This document shows positions 20,432 to 31,493 of a stretch of 64,000 nucleotides of DNA, in pieces. Numbering within the stretch: the first letter of the stretch is position 1; every line of letters starts with the position of its first letter. A program made the position numbers and the translations under genes. The stretch spans positions 736,001 to 800,000 of the forward strand of contig CAVTJJ010000003.1 of the NCBI GenBank assembly GCA_963735035.1, read 5' to 3'. Source of the stretch: an uncultured candidate division Zixibacteria bacterium (GTDB lineage: Bacteria > Zixibacteria > MSB-5A5 > GN15 > FEB-12). The notes beneath the pieces are model-generated. The model worked only from the letters and a program-made list of their open reading frames with translations, had not been told where the DNA came from and did no database searches.

Positions 20432-21679
20432 CTAACGGCGACGTCGGCCCTTGGTCGATTTCGGTTTCGAAGTCCGGCCAAACGGCCTGGGCGGTCTCGC
20501 GGCCTGCGCCCGCTCCAGCGCCATCGGCGCGGGACGACGCGGCACCTTATCGAACGGCAGTCTCGGAACCTGCTTGATTGACAGTCCGGTCTTTATGAGT
20601 CGCTCGATGTCCCTGATGTCGTTGCGCTGATCGAACGTGGCAAACGAAATCGCGCGGCCGGCCATACCGGCGCGAGCTGTGCGACCGATCCGATGCACAT
20701 AGTCCTGTGAATTGCCGGGCAAATCGTAATTAATCACGACTTCGATACCGACCACGTCGATACCCCGCGCAGCGACATCGGTGGCCACCAGTACCCGATA
20801 CTTCCCCGACTTAAACCCCTCGAGCGCATCGCGCCGCTGCCCCAGGCTGCGGTCGGAATGTATCTCCGCCGCCGAGTGCCCCATACCGCGCACATAGCGG
20901 GTTAGTTTGCGAGCCCCGTGCTTGGTGCGGGTAAAGACCAGCACCGGGCCGTGGTATTCAGCCAGCAGAATTTCGAGAAGCTGGCTCTTCGCTTCCCGCT
21001 CGATGAAGAACACTTCCTGCACGACTTTTTCGGCGGCCGTTCCCGACGGCGCGATCTCGATATTGATCGGCAGCTTCATGTGCTGGCGGGCAAGCCCCAT
21101 AATCTCCGACGGTATCGTGGCGGAAAACAACATGGTCTGCCGCTCTTTGGGAATAGCCCTCAGTATCTTGTTGAGTTGAGGAGCAAACCCCATGTCGAGC
21201 ATGCGGTCAGCCTCGTCCAGAACAAGTATCTGAACGTTGCACAGATTAATCGCCCGTTGCTCAAGGAAATCAACCAGGCGGCCGGGTGTAGCTACGATTA
21301 TGCGCGGATTCTTCTCCAACGCCTTCTTTTGGGGGCCTTCAGGCGCTCCGCCTATCAGCACCGCGGTACGCAGACCAAGGTTCGCTCCCACCGACTGAAG
21401 CGATTCACTTACCTGAATCGCCAGTTCGCGTGTCGGCAAGAGCACCAGCCCGCGGCCCTTGAGCTGTGCCAGGCGTTGAATCATGGGAATACCGAACGCG
21501 AGCGTCTTGCCGGTGCCGGTTTGGGCGACCGCAATCAGGTCCTTGCCTTCGAACCCGACCGGAATCGAGCGTCGTTGTATGGGTGTCGGCTCAGTAAACT
21601 TGAGACGATTGATAGCCGCCAGCAGTCCCGGGGCTATGCCCAGGCCGCCGAATCCTTTAGAGTACGTATCACTTACCAT
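20432..21679 (-). CDS. DEAD-box ATP-dependent RNA helicase (RhlE-like)
   Basis: Q motif PTPIQ, AQTGTGKT, PTRELA, DEAD, SAT, ARGID, HRIGRTAR; basic tail. Confidence 0.96.
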   Translation of the reverse strand: MVSDTYSKGFGGLGIAPGLLAAINRLKFTEPTPIQRRSIPVGFEGKDLIAVAQTGTGKTLAFGIPMIQRLAQLKGRGLVLLPTRELAIQVSESLQSVGANLGLRTAVLIGGAPEGPQKKALEKNPRIIVATPGRLVDFLEQRAINLCNVQILVLDEADRMLDMGFAPQLNKILRAIPKERQTMLFSATIPSEIMGLARQHMKLPINIEIAPSGTAAEKVVQEVFFIEREAKSQLLEILLAEYHGPVLVFTRTKHGARKLTRYVRGMGHSAAEIHSDRSLGQRRDALEGFKSGKYRVLVATDVAARGIDVVGIEVVINYDLPGNSQDYVHRIGRTARAGMAGRAISFATFDQRNDIRDIERLIKTGLSIKQVPRLPFDKVPRRPAPMALERAQAARPPRPFGRTSKPKSTKGRRRR

Positions 21680-21860
21680 ACCACAAGGGTAAGGCTAACC
21701 GGTCGCAAAAGATATTCAAAAATTGCGATTGATTCCGACTGAAGAAGGCTGATTGACCACACTTACGTCGCAATTGGCCGAACAACTGGCCGCCCAAAAA
21801 CCGGCTGGCGAGTGCCTGCCGGTCGTCAATATGTCCTTCAGATGAAGAGCGCAGTGGTCC

Positions 21861-23285
21861 TTACTGACCCGGCCTGATATTCTGATTCATACGAAACAGG
21901 TTTTCCGGATCATATTTCTTCTTGATCGAGGCCAGTCGGTCGTAACCCGGTCCATAGGCGGCCTTGATACGTTCCGATTCGTCATCGGTCAGGAAATTGA
22001 CATACACACCACCCGTCGCGTACGGCGTGGCTTCGCGGAAGAATCCTCGCGCCCAGTCGATACAATTCTTGTCCTCTGACGGCTTCTCCCAGCGCCCATG
22101 GACATTGCACACGTAGATCGTGTTGCGATGCGAATAGGCGGTCGCGTCAGGCGATGGACGAGTGGTCGCGCCGCCGAGCAGACCGAAAAATATCTCACAG
22201 TGAGGCGAGGGTAGGTTCTCTGAGTAACGCACCGCTACATCGATTGCGCCGTCGCTCAGATCGACAAAGTTGTGTGATTTCCAGTAGTTCCGCGCCCCCG
22301 GAGTAAGCAGCGGATCAAACGCCTGCTGCCAGGCGGTGTACGGTTGCACTCCGACATGCTCTCCCAGCACCGTCCCGAACTTGCGCACCGGCTGAAGGAT
22401 CTTCTCACCTTCAGTCGGATCGCCGGCGTGGAACAAGCAGAACGCGATGATTTCGGTGCCATGTACTTTAGCTGGAAGGAACGGCAGAGGCGGCGCTTTG
22501 CGCATAACTGTCCACACAGTTGTCTCGTCGCCGAGCTTCCTGACATACTCTCGGAACGCCTTCAAAGCCGACCTGGCTTCTTTCAGCGGATAGACCACCA
22601 GCCCGCTGTATACCTCCGGCCCGACCTGGTGCAGCTTGAACTCGAAGCGACTCACAACCCCAAAATTGCCGCTGCCGCCGCGAAGCGCCCAGAACAGATC
22701 CGCATTCTCCTTGTCGCTCGCGTGGAGCAGTTGCCCGTCAGCCGTGATTACGTCGGCACCAATCAGGTTGTCGACCGTCATCCCGTACTTGCGCGACAGC
22801 CAGCCAAAACCGCCTCCGAGCGTGAGCCCGGCCAGACCGGTAGTCGAGTTGATGCCAACCGGAGTAGCCAGTCCAAACGCCTGACATTCACGATCGAAAT
22901 CAGCCAGGGTCGCCCCCGGTTCTACCTGGGCTACCCGGGCGGCGGGATCGACTGTCACACTGCGCATGTTCGACAGGTCAACGAGCAGACCGCCGTCGCA
23001 CACCGCATTCCCCGCAATGTTATGCCCGCCGCCTTTGATTGCGGTCAAAAGATTTTGTTCTCGCGCAAACGAGATTGCCTTGCGGATATCCGCCACCACG
23101 GAACACCGCACCACCATTCCCGGTCTGCGGTCTATCATGGCATTCCAGACGGTCCGCGACTTGTCGTAACCATCATCGCCGGGGAATAACAGCGCCCCGC
23201 GCAATGACGATCTTAGCTTTTCGAGAGCGGTGGAGTCCACCATGAGGGCTTCACCGTTCCCTGTGGCCACTCTTGCTGCTTTCAT
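21861..23285 (-). CDS. FAD-linked oxidase, VAO/berberine-bridge-enzyme family (start reassigned to ATG 23285)
   Basis: IKGGGHNIAG, GLTLGGGFGWL, LFWALRGGSGNFGVV and C-terminal YVNF...YDPENLFR. Confidence 0.92.
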   Translation of the reverse strand: MKAARVATGNGEALMVDSTALEKLRSSLRGALLFPGDDGYDKSRTVWNAMIDRRPGMVVRCSVVADIRKAISFAREQNLLTAIKGGGHNIAGNAVCDGGLLVDLSNMRSVTVDPAARVAQVEPGATLADFDRECQAFGLATPVGINSTTGLAGLTLGGGFGWLSRKYGMTVDNLIGADVITADGQLLHASDKENADLFWALRGGSGNFGVVSRFEFKLHQVGPEVYSGLVVYPLKEARSALKAFREYVRKLGDETTVWTVMRKAPPLPFLPAKVHGTEIIAFCLFHAGDPTEGEKILQPVRKFGTVLGEHVGVQPYTAWQQAFDPLLTPGARNYWKSHNFVDLSDGAIDVAVRYSENLPSPHCEIFFGLLGGATTRPSPDATAYSHRNTIYVCNVHGRWEKPSEDKNCIDWARGFFREATPYATGGVYVNFLTDDESERIKAAYGPGYDRLASIKKKYDPENLFRMNQNIRPGQ

Positions 23286-23466
23286 GACTTGCACTCCAAT
23301 CTGGCTATTCGCAGGCAACACGCTTTGCCTGCGTCGTATTTCACGACGTGGATCAACATTATCCATAATACGCCGCATCGTCCCGGACGTTTGAGATTTA
23401 GTTTGACGCTAATGTGACAGATTGGCTACGGACAAAGTCGTTGCAGGTCAAGGGACTATGCCCCTG

Positions 23467-24243
23467 CTATTTCCGGCCGGTCTTGGGAATTTGCGCCAGG
23501 AGGCGAAGCAGACCGTCAAGTATCGTAACGGGATGGGGCGGGCAGCCGGGTATAAAAAGGTCCACCGGCAGCAGGTTCTCGGCGCCGTTGTGTACCTGGG
23601 GATGGTCGACATACGGTCCGCCGGAAATTGCGCAGGCTCCGACCGCGATCACAATCTTCGGATCGGGCACCGCCTCGTAGGTCTTGAGTAGAGCGAGTTT
23701 CATGTTTTCCGTGACCGGGCCCGTAATCAACAACCCGTCGGCGTGTCTCGGCGAAGCTACAAACTGGATACCAAAACGCCCCAGATCGTACACAATGGTG
23801 CCCAGCACATTTATGTCTACCTCACACCCGTTACACCCACCGGCGCTTACCTGCCTCAGACGAAGCGAGCGCTTGAACAAGCGAAGAGATTCATCCTGGA
23901 GCTTTTGAACCAGCACTTTCTCCGAATCGTGTCGAATCAGAAGATCGGAGCGATTATTGGCGGCCAGGCTGTGGTCACCAGAGTACCTAATCAATTTTCC
24001 CGAACAAGCTTTCACACACTCCCCACAGAAGAGACAGCGGCCCATATCAATCACCGGATGGCGGTCAACCACTTTGACCGCGACTGTTGGACAGACTCTT
24101 ACGCACTCAGAGCATTCGTTCGCACAGTTATCCGAACTGACCACAGGCCGACCGGCAAACCGCTCCGGAAGGATCGGGGGTTCGTCAGGGAAACCGACCG
24201 TCCGGTTTCCGAATTTCATGCGCGCGAGTAACGCTTTCAGCAT
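23467..24243 (-). CDS. Group-4 hydrogenase-related small subunit (ferredoxin fused to NuoB/HyfI-like domain)
   Basis: CSECVRVCP and CLFCGECVKAC; SAGGCNGCE, SPRHAD, GACAISGG and IPGCPP. Confidence 0.9.
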   Translation of the reverse strand: MLKALLARMKFGNRTVGFPDEPPILPERFAGRPVVSSDNCANECSECVRVCPTVAVKVVDRHPVIDMGRCLFCGECVKACSGKLIRYSGDHSLAANNRSDLLIRHDSEKVLVQKLQDESLRLFKRSLRLRQVSAGGCNGCEVDINVLGTIVYDLGRFGIQFVASPRHADGLLITGPVTENMKLALLKTYEAVPDPKIVIAVGACAISGGPYVDHPQVHNGAENLLPVDLFIPGCPPHPVTILDGLLRLLAQIPKTGRK

Positions 24244-24252
24244 AAGTCTGCT

Positions 24253-25734
24253 CTACAGGTCATGGCCACAGTACGAAAGGTTGAAACTCTTATTGCACAG
24301 CGGGAAGTCCGATATCTGCTGGTTTCGCATCGCGGCCGCGAGGCCGGCCCAGTTATGAAATGACGGATCGAACACTTTGTACCATTCGAATCGCCCGTCG
24401 CCGCCAGTGCACGCTATATGACAGATTTCGCCGCGCCATCCTTCGACCAGCGAAATAACGAGTGAGTCCGGCTCAATCGAGTCAGACGTAGCCGGGGCCA
24501 GAGCCGGCTCGTTTGGCATGGTTGTCAACCGGGCGCGAATAAACTCAACCGAGCGGGCAATCTCCTGCCAACGAATATGCGCACGCCCAAACACATCCCC
24601 CGTCTGCCACAGCGACACCGGAATCTGAGCAAAACTGAAGACATCAGAAGGATAATCCAAACGCGCATCCTGTTCCAATCCTGCCGCCCGCGCGGGGGGA
24701 CCAACGATTCCCAATTCCCGACACTGCGCCATTCCGAGCAATCCCGCCCCTTCGAAACGACTGACCACCGACGGCGTGTCCCACAACAGAGCCGCGGTCG
24801 TACTGATGTCCGCAAAAGCCTGATCCAGTCTCTTCAGGAACACCTCTATCTGACTCTCATCGAGATCATACGCCACACCGCCGGGCCGCGCGATGCCGCG
24901 CCCAAGCCGATTGCCACAGAGAAATGCCGTCAGGTTCAGGAAGTCTCCCCGAATTCGTCCACAGTGTGACGCCACCGGAAGATAGCCAACATCGCCGGCC
25001 AGCGCCCCGAGATCGCCCGTGTGATTGGCCAGACGTTCCAACTCCAGCGCCACGCTTCGCAAGATCATCCCGCGCAAAGACACTCGACGGTGCGACAAGG
25101 TCTCTAAATTCTGGCAGTACGCGGTGGCATGCCCGACCGACGTATCCCCCGCCAGCGTTTCCATATAATGTATGGTGCGCGGGGTCGGTCCGTCCTTCAA
25201 AGCCTGTTCCACGCCCCGGTGTTGATACCCGAGTGAGATTTCCAAGTGTAGGACATTTTCCCCTGCGCACGAAAATCTAAAATGCCCCGGCTCGATTATT
25301 CCCGCGTGCACCGGGCCAACTGCCACTTGATGAATGTCGCTTCCGGAAATACTGTAGAAATCGGTTATTCCCACCGGCGATCCGCTGAATCGAATAGGCT
25401 TCAGCCAGGGATGCCCTTCGGGAGTCACACCGCACGATTCTGCGATCTCTCTTTCGAACCAGTGGGCCTGCGTGCACTGCGGCGTCAAAGCAGGATACCT
25501 ATCCTTCACGAGCGTCGAGCAAGTCTTGAGCGCCCCTTCATCCCGGACGGAAATCACCCCGTAGAGCCGGTGTCCATTGACATGCGGTTGCGCGAACAAG
25601 GCAATCAACCGGTCGCCGATGGCAACGCTCCCAATGATCGTCTCAGCGAAAGAATCGAACTTGAGCATCGGGATGTCCCGAAGCCGCACCAGTTCGCAAT
25701 GGCGACACATGAGCGCCCGATCTCCACTCATCAC
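24253..25734 (-). CDS. Hydrogenase-4/Ehr large subunit (NuoCD/HyfG-like) lacking NiFe-binding cysteines
   Basis: WFEREIAE, GPVHAGIIEPGHFRF, LGYQHRG, ELERLANH, VEGWRGE and DPSFHNW; C-terminus DFPLCNKSFNLSYCGHDL. Confidence 0.9.
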   Translation of the reverse strand: MMSGDRALMCRHCELVRLRDIPMLKFDSFAETIIGSVAIGDRLIALFAQPHVNGHRLYGVISVRDEGALKTCSTLVKDRYPALTPQCTQAHWFEREIAESCGVTPEGHPWLKPIRFSGSPVGITDFYSISGSDIHQVAVGPVHAGIIEPGHFRFSCAGENVLHLEISLGYQHRGVEQALKDGPTPRTIHYMETLAGDTSVGHATAYCQNLETLSHRRVSLRGMILRSVALELERLANHTGDLGALAGDVGYLPVASHCGRIRGDFLNLTAFLCGNRLGRGIARPGGVAYDLDESQIEVFLKRLDQAFADISTTAALLWDTPSVVSRFEGAGLLGMAQCRELGIVGPPARAAGLEQDARLDYPSDVFSFAQIPVSLWQTGDVFGRAHIRWQEIARSVEFIRARLTTMPNEPALAPATSDSIEPDSLVISLVEGWRGEICHIACTGGDGRFEWYKVFDPSFHNWAGLAAAMRNQQISDFPLCNKSFNLSYCGHDL

Positions 25735-27210
25735 CGGCCTCCCAGCAAGCGTGCCGCTTCGTTAAGAAGACCGCTCAACGGCGACGGCAGGTAGACACCC
25801 AACATCAGGACCGCAAGGCACAAGACGGCCGGAGGTAGAATCGAGGTCAAAGATTCTCTATCAGTCGAGGTGCCTGCCGATTCACGGGTCGGTCCGTACA
25901 CCATCTTCATTACTATACTCGTCATGGCGACAAAGATAACCCCCAGCGCCGCCAGAAGCACAATTGCTACCATTATGTGCCCCGAGTCGAGGGCGGCGCG
26001 AATAATTGTCAACTCACTTTGAAAAAGACCAAACGGCGGCATTCCGGTAATGGCGAACAGACCGGCCATCCAGAGCACCCCCGATGCCGGCAGTTCGCCC
26101 AGCATGCCGGTAATCATGCTGACCGACTTCGTTCGGTAACGCGCCAGAATATTGCCCGCTACGAGAAACAGCATCCCTTTGGTCAGCGAGTGATTCACGG
26201 CGTGAAGCAGGGCTCCGAAGGAACCCAGCCCGCCGAGTCCGACACCCACGGCCAGAATTCCCATGTGTTCGATGCTTGAATAGGCCAGCATTCGCTTGTA
26301 ATCAAGCTGTGCGACTATGAAGACCGTCGCAATCACGACCGAGAGCAGCCCGAACACGAGCAATAGTCCATGAGCAAAGTCACCAGACCCGGTCGCATCG
26401 AGCACCTGCGTCATTCGCAAAATGCCGAGGAAAGCGCAATTAAGCAGCGCTCCCGAAAGCAGCGCCGATACTACCGACGGCGCCTCGCTGTGGGCGTCGG
26501 GCAGCCAACTGTGAAGAGGCGCCAGTCCCATTTTTGTTCCATATCCTACCAGCATGAACAGGAAAGCTATCTTTATCCAGGGCACCCGGAGGGACGAAGC
26601 ATTGGCAACCAGGTCGCCCACCACCAGCGGCACATCAGTGGTCTCCATGTCCTGACGCGGCAAAGGCGAGAAAGAACGTGCCCAGCAGGGCCAGCGCGAT
26701 ACCCACCGAACAGATCAGCAGATATTTCCAGGTCGCTTCAAGGGAACGATGGTGTCGGTGGAAATAGATGAGCGGAGCACTCGTCAGCGTGGTCGCCTCG
26801 ACCGCCACCCAGAGCAAGCCGAAGTTGTGACTCATAGTGACGAGAGACATCGTCGCCAGGAAAAGCAGCAGGCAACCGACAAAGACAGCTTCGGGCTCAT
26901 TGACGAACAAGACCGATTCTTGAAAATCAGGTCGTTCCCCGGCTTGCTCCCGGGCAAGGTATGACACAGCGTACACGGCCGCGGCCAGGAACAGGCAACT
27001 TACGGCCGACAGGAATACCAACCCAAGAGCATCGATCTGCAGCCAGCCGTCCATGATCGGCTCAGGGCGCAAATACCAGGCTAACGCCGTCAGTGCGGCG
27101 TGACCAATCGCCACCGCCACCAGCAGCCCCCGCCGCAGGTCATTCCTCCGCGTGACGAAAGATGTCAGTCCGGCCAGAGCCGGTATGAGTACGAGCGCCA
27201 GGATTATCAT
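25731..27210 (-). CDS. hyfF: HyfF-like proton-translocating membrane subunit, +1 frameshift near 26640-26660
   Basis: ORF 26635..27210 (LWVAVEATTL, SLEATWKY) joins ORF 25731..26663 (GYGTKMGLAPLHSWLPDAHSEAP, DYKRMLAYSS); the 1480-bp span is 493 codons plus 1 nt. Confidence 0.85.
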
Positions 27211-27902
27211 GCTTCGGAATCCTTGCTCGTCAATTCCTTGCGACCCTTGAACCAGTCTTTGAGCGTACTCAACTGACCCGTCTCGATGTTGTCAAACTCG
27301 CGACTGATCTGGAACACCATGATGCCCATGATGAACACACCCACAAAGACGTCCAGGAGAATACCTATTTCGATCAACATCGATTCCGACTGGGCGAAGA
27401 AGACACCGAAAGCATAAATGCCGTTTTCCAAAGCGAGATACCCGATGATTTGCATCAGAGCTTGTCGACGGCTGACGATCAGAAAGAGTCCTGTGACTAT
27501 AGTAAAGAAGACCATCGGTATCGCCAGGCGGTAACCGGTCTGGTCAGGGAGTGGCAGGACGTATCCCCACCAGAGTGAACTGCCCATCACAAAGATGCCG
27601 ATTAGCAGCGAAGGCATCGGCCCGACATAGTAGGTGATGGTGCGCACCGTGCTTAGTTCGCGAAGACTGCGCATCAACAGGCGGGGAAACACGATACCCT
27701 TGAGCGTGATCACCAGAACCGCGATTATCGCCAATCGAACCGAGAGTCCGTCCTGATGGACAAACAGCGGCAGAAGGCCTAGCGCTAGTCCTTGAACGGC
27801 GATGATTCGTACCGACGCTCTCAGCCACCCTGCACCCAGAAGCAGGAAGTTGGTGATGATAATCAGCACGACTAAAGCACTTACCATATCGTACATAATC
27901 AT
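27207..27902 (-). CDS. hyfE: HyfE-like membrane subunit (start reassigned to ATG 27902)
   Basis: QIIGYLALENGI and EIGILLDVFV motifs; TGATG overlap with the upstream gene. Confidence 0.85.
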   Translation of the reverse strand: MIMYDMVSALVVLIIITNFLLLGAGWLRASVRIIAVQGLALGLLPLFVHQDGLSVRLAIIAVLVITLKGIVFPRLLMRSLRELSTVRTITYYVGPMPSLLIGIFVMGSSLWWGYVLPLPDQTGYRLAIPMVFFTIVTGLFLIVSRRQALMQIIGYLALENGIYAFGVFFAQSESMLIEIGILLDVFVGVFIMGIMVFQISREFDNIETGQLSTLKDWFKGRKELTSKDSEA

Positions 27903-28816
27903 CACCCTAGAACCAGTATAGCCGCCAGCATGGAGAGCGCTCCGGCGCCCACCAGCAGTTGAGGAACCTTGAGCAGACGAAAACGAGCCATCGACGATTC
28001 CACGATGCCCACGGCGATTGTCAGGAAGAGCATGCCCACGAGAGCGTATCCCTCCCTGAACCAAATCGGCGCCTCGGTCAGGTTCGGTGAAAATACGCCG
28101 ACAAACAACGCCCCGAGCAGCCATAGTTTCAGCGCGCTGCCGTAGAGCACGAGGCCTAAATCCGGACCGCCGTGATCGAGAACCATCACTTCGTGAATCA
28201 TGGTTAGTTCGAGATGGGTCGTGGGATCATCGATCGGAATACGGGAGTTTTCCGCCAGGTACAGAACGAATAAAGCTCCGGCCACCAGCGCCGGCGCACC
28301 GATACTCCAACCGGTCACACCCGACGTGTACAATATTCCACTGAGCGACAGACTGTGACTGAGACGAGAGAGCGCAAACAGACCGACAAACAAGGCCGGC
28401 TCGACCAGCATCGAGAAAGTCACTTCGCGGCTGGCCCCCATCCCTTCGAACGCAGAACCGGTATCAAGCGCGGCTATCACGATGAAGAATCTCGCCAGTC
28501 CAAGGACGTAGGCTAATAGAACCAGGTCTCCGTTGAATGCCAGAGGAGCCACACTACCGGCGAATGGAACCAACAACAATCCGGCGACAACCATGGCCAG
28601 ACCGACTATCGGCCCGGCTCGGAACACCCAGGTCGTCGTACGACTATATACGGCGCTCTTGTGCAGCAACTTGTAGATGTCGGAGTATGCCTGCAAGAGC
28701 GGCTGACCGCGCCTACCGGCCATGATAGCTTTTGTGCGATTGATAATGCCCAATAAGAGCGGCGCCACGACCAGCGCCAGAATAATATGCCCCACTGAAA
28801 GCAGATTGATCTTCAT
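27902..28816 (-). CDS. hyfC: HyfC/HycD (NuoH-like) membrane subunit (start reassigned to ATG 28816)
   Basis: GRRGQPLLQAYSDIYKLL, DTGSAFEGMGASRE, AENSRIPID and ELTMIHE. Confidence 0.88.
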   Translation of the reverse strand: MKINLLSVGHIILALVVAPLLLGIINRTKAIMAGRRGQPLLQAYSDIYKLLHKSAVYSRTTTWVFRAGPIVGLAMVVAGLLLVPFAGSVAPLAFNGDLVLLAYVLGLARFFIVIAALDTGSAFEGMGASREVTFSMLVEPALFVGLFALSRLSHSLSLSGILYTSGVTGWSIGAPALVAGALFVLYLAENSRIPIDDPTTHLELTMIHEVMVLDHGGPDLGLVLYGSALKLWLLGALFVGVFSPNLTEAPIWFREGYALVGMLFLTIAVGIVESSMARFRLLKVPQLLVGAGALSMLAAILVLG

Positions 28817-30784
28817 CGCAGCTTCCAGAACATCAGGGTGAGCAGGGTTATCAGGATATATAGCACGTAGAGTTGCACATTGCCATGTTGTACCCAACGA
28901 AAGGCTTCCAACACTTTTCGAACACCTATGAAAACCGGACGATAGAGAAGCTCCTGGAACAAATCCGGAGTGACTGTCTGCAACGACGCCGCTTTCGGAA
29001 ATACCCCTTCGGGTTTCAGTAGAATCTTACGAGTTCGTAGAATCCCGCGGAATCTCTCAGTGATCGGTCGCGTGAAGGATGAAGCCGTGTACTGCATACG
29101 GGCGGTAGGACGGGCGTAGCCACAATCCCAGGTCACCGTTTCCTTTACTACTTTCCTTCTCAGCAATCCCAGTCGCAAGAAGGCTATGAGCGCCACCAGC
29201 CCCAGACAGATCAAGAATGCCGCCATGACGTAGTAGAGCGGTTTCGTCCCCTGAGCAAACAGATCGTTTATTGCGGCTGGAGGCATCTGACTTATCTTGG
29301 CCAATTACCGGACCAAGGGCGGTGAAGACATACGGCGCCAGAAGACCTACGGCCAGACACGCCACGGCCATGACTACCATGGGTATGACCATGCCAGGGC
29401 CGACTTCATGGATGTCTCTCGCGGATTCAGTCCTGGGCTCACCGAGAAACACCACCCCGGACGCTTTAGTAAAGCAGGCCACTACCAGTCCGCCGATCAG
29501 CGCCAGGCTGCCGAGCGTCACCACTCCCACTACCGCCAGACGGCCGTCGGATGCGGTCCCCCCGTGCAGTGCCCCTAGATATATGAGAAATTCACTAACG
29601 AACCCGTTGAGCGGCGGGAGACCACAGATGGCGATTGACCCGACCAGAAATGTGACACCAGTCCACGGCATACGTTTCAAGAGGCCACCCAGTTGATCCA
29701 TTTCGCGCGTTCCGGTAGAGTGCGCCACCGATCCGGCTCCGAGAAAAAGCAATCCCTTGAAGAGAGAATGATTTACAACGTGAAGCAGCCCCCCGCCAAA
29801 TCCCAGTATCGCTATCATAGGGGCATTGAAGCTTATCCCGAGCAACCCGATTCCCAGCCCCGCAGCTATTATCCCAATGTTCTCCACACTGCTATAGGCC
29901 AGGAGCCGTTTCAGATCGTGCTGCGCCAGTGCAAACAGAACTCCCAGGACTCCCGAAGTCAACCCGACCGCGAGAAGTAGATATCCCCACCATTGCGGCG
30001 GCGGACCCAGAAACGTGAGCGTACGCAATATGCCGTAGATGCCCATCTTGATCATCACGCCCGACATGAGCGCGGAAATATGGCTTGGCGCCGCCGGATG
30101 TGCCTCGGGCAGCCAAACATGCAGCGGTACAAACCCTGCCTTGGTACCGAAACCGATAAGGCAAAGAATAAAGAGAAGCCCAGCGTGAGCTGCCGGTGAG
30201 AATTGGTCAAAGTCAAGCGAGCCGTTGTGTCCCATAAGAATGAAAAGGGCTATCAGAAACGCCGTCCCAAAATGCGCCGCCACCAGATATATCCATCCCG
30301 CCGTCTGAACGCCGTCCTTCTTGTCTTCCAACATTACCAGGAAGAACGACGAGAGCGACATCGCCTCCCAGGCGACCAGAAAGAGCACCGCGTTTCGCGC
30401 GACTACGACCACCACCATCGAAACGATGAGCACACCAGTGAAGAACCAAACTACTCCGAGATTGTGCTCGTGCCGGCTGTGCCAGAGATACGAGGCTCCG
30501 TAAACGCTCACCGGTATCGATATGCCGAAAATAATCAACAGGAAGAGCGCGGAAAGTGGATCCAGACCGACCGAGAAAGTCCCTCCCGGAACATTCCACA
30601 ACCATCGAATGGAGTCAACCCCGCCGCTTATAAGAGTTTTCACGACCGGTACCAGGCCTACCAGACAGCCAACAACAATCCCGATCACACTTGCAGCGGA
30701 TGCCGCGGCCGGGGATCGCTGCAGTATCAGCGATACGATGCCGGAGAAGAGAATTACGGCTACGGCAATGAGTACCGTCTCCAT
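28813..30784 (-). CDS. hyfB: HyfB-like antiporter-type membrane subunit, +1 frameshift near 29301
   Basis: WEAMS, GFGTKAGFVPLHVWLPEAHPAAPS, DLKRLLAYSSVEN and GLPPLNGFVSE; second part has TWDCGY...MQYTASSF; removing one G gives VIAKISQM in frame. Confidence 0.87.
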
Positions 30785-30788
30785 TAGT

Positions 30789-31493
30789 CTACCCCACCTG
30801 CGGCTTTGCAGAAGCGCCTTGCACCAGCGCCGCTTCTACGTTTTTCGCTGCGTCAAGAATCTCATCTCGCAAGCCCCGATGCTGCACCGCGGCGAGAAAA
30901 GCGGGGTCACGAAGCGAGTAGGCCAGACGTGAGATAATATGAAGGTGAGCCCGCACAGTTGGGCTGATCAACATGAAAAGCGCATATACCGGCTGGCCGT
31001 CGATAGCCCCGAAATCAACCGGATTTTCGAGAAAGAACAGCGTGACCATCGGTTTCGAAATGTGCAGCACTACCGGATTCCGGACGTGAGGAATCGCGAT
31101 ACCGTCGCCAATGCCCGTCGACGACAACTCCTCGCGCGCCACCAGCACTTGATAGAGAAACTCCCGATCCACTTCCTCAGGCAACTGCAGCAACTGGACC
31201 ACGTTCTTCAGCACCGCCCATTTGTCCGCGCCGACTACCCTGTAATTGACCCCACCGTTTTGAAGGGCTTCGTATAATGATGGCATCGGAACGCCGCTGG
31301 TTTCCGGCTCGGCAAAGATCTCAGGCGAGATGGCCATTTTCCGGGAAGTGGCCCATTCCAGGATTTCGGCCCGGTTGAACCGGTATTGTTCGTGCACCTG
31401 GTAGGCCGGTATCTGACCCTGGCTAATCCAGCGGTAAACTGTTTTCTCAGAAACGTTTAGGAGTCGGGCGATATCTTTGACCGTCAGTGTCAT
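30789..31493 (-). CDS. Excisionase-type HTH fused to PTS EIIA (Ntr/Fru-type) domain, putative regulator
   Basis: LTVKDIARLLNVSEKTVYRW...YRF HTH; REELSSTGIGDGIAIPH with the phospho-acceptor His. Confidence 0.9.
   Translation of the reverse strand: MTLTVKDIARLLNVSEKTVYRWISQGQIPAYQVHEQYRFNRAEILEWATSRKMAISPEIFAEPETSGVPMPSLYEALQNGGVNYRVVGADKWAVLKNVVQLLQLPEEVDREFLYQVLVAREELSSTGIGDGIAIPHVRNPVVLHISKPMVTLFFLENPVDFGAIDGQPVYALFMLISPTVRAHLHIISRLAYSLRDPAFLAAVQHRGLRDEILDAAKNVEAALVQGASAKPQVG

Noticed and set aside
24253..25734. Functional [NiFe] hydrogenase large subunit
   Set aside because: Both CxxC metal-binding motifs are absent
25731..30784. hyfF and hyfB as pseudogenes or naturally split genes
   Set aside because: Each has a single +1 indel with otherwise intact sequence, the same error type as in essential alaS, so an artefact is more likely
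30789..31493. Prophage excisionase marking a mobile element
   Set aside because: The HTH is fused to a PTS EIIA domain and coupled to a respiratory operon; no integrase or phage genes
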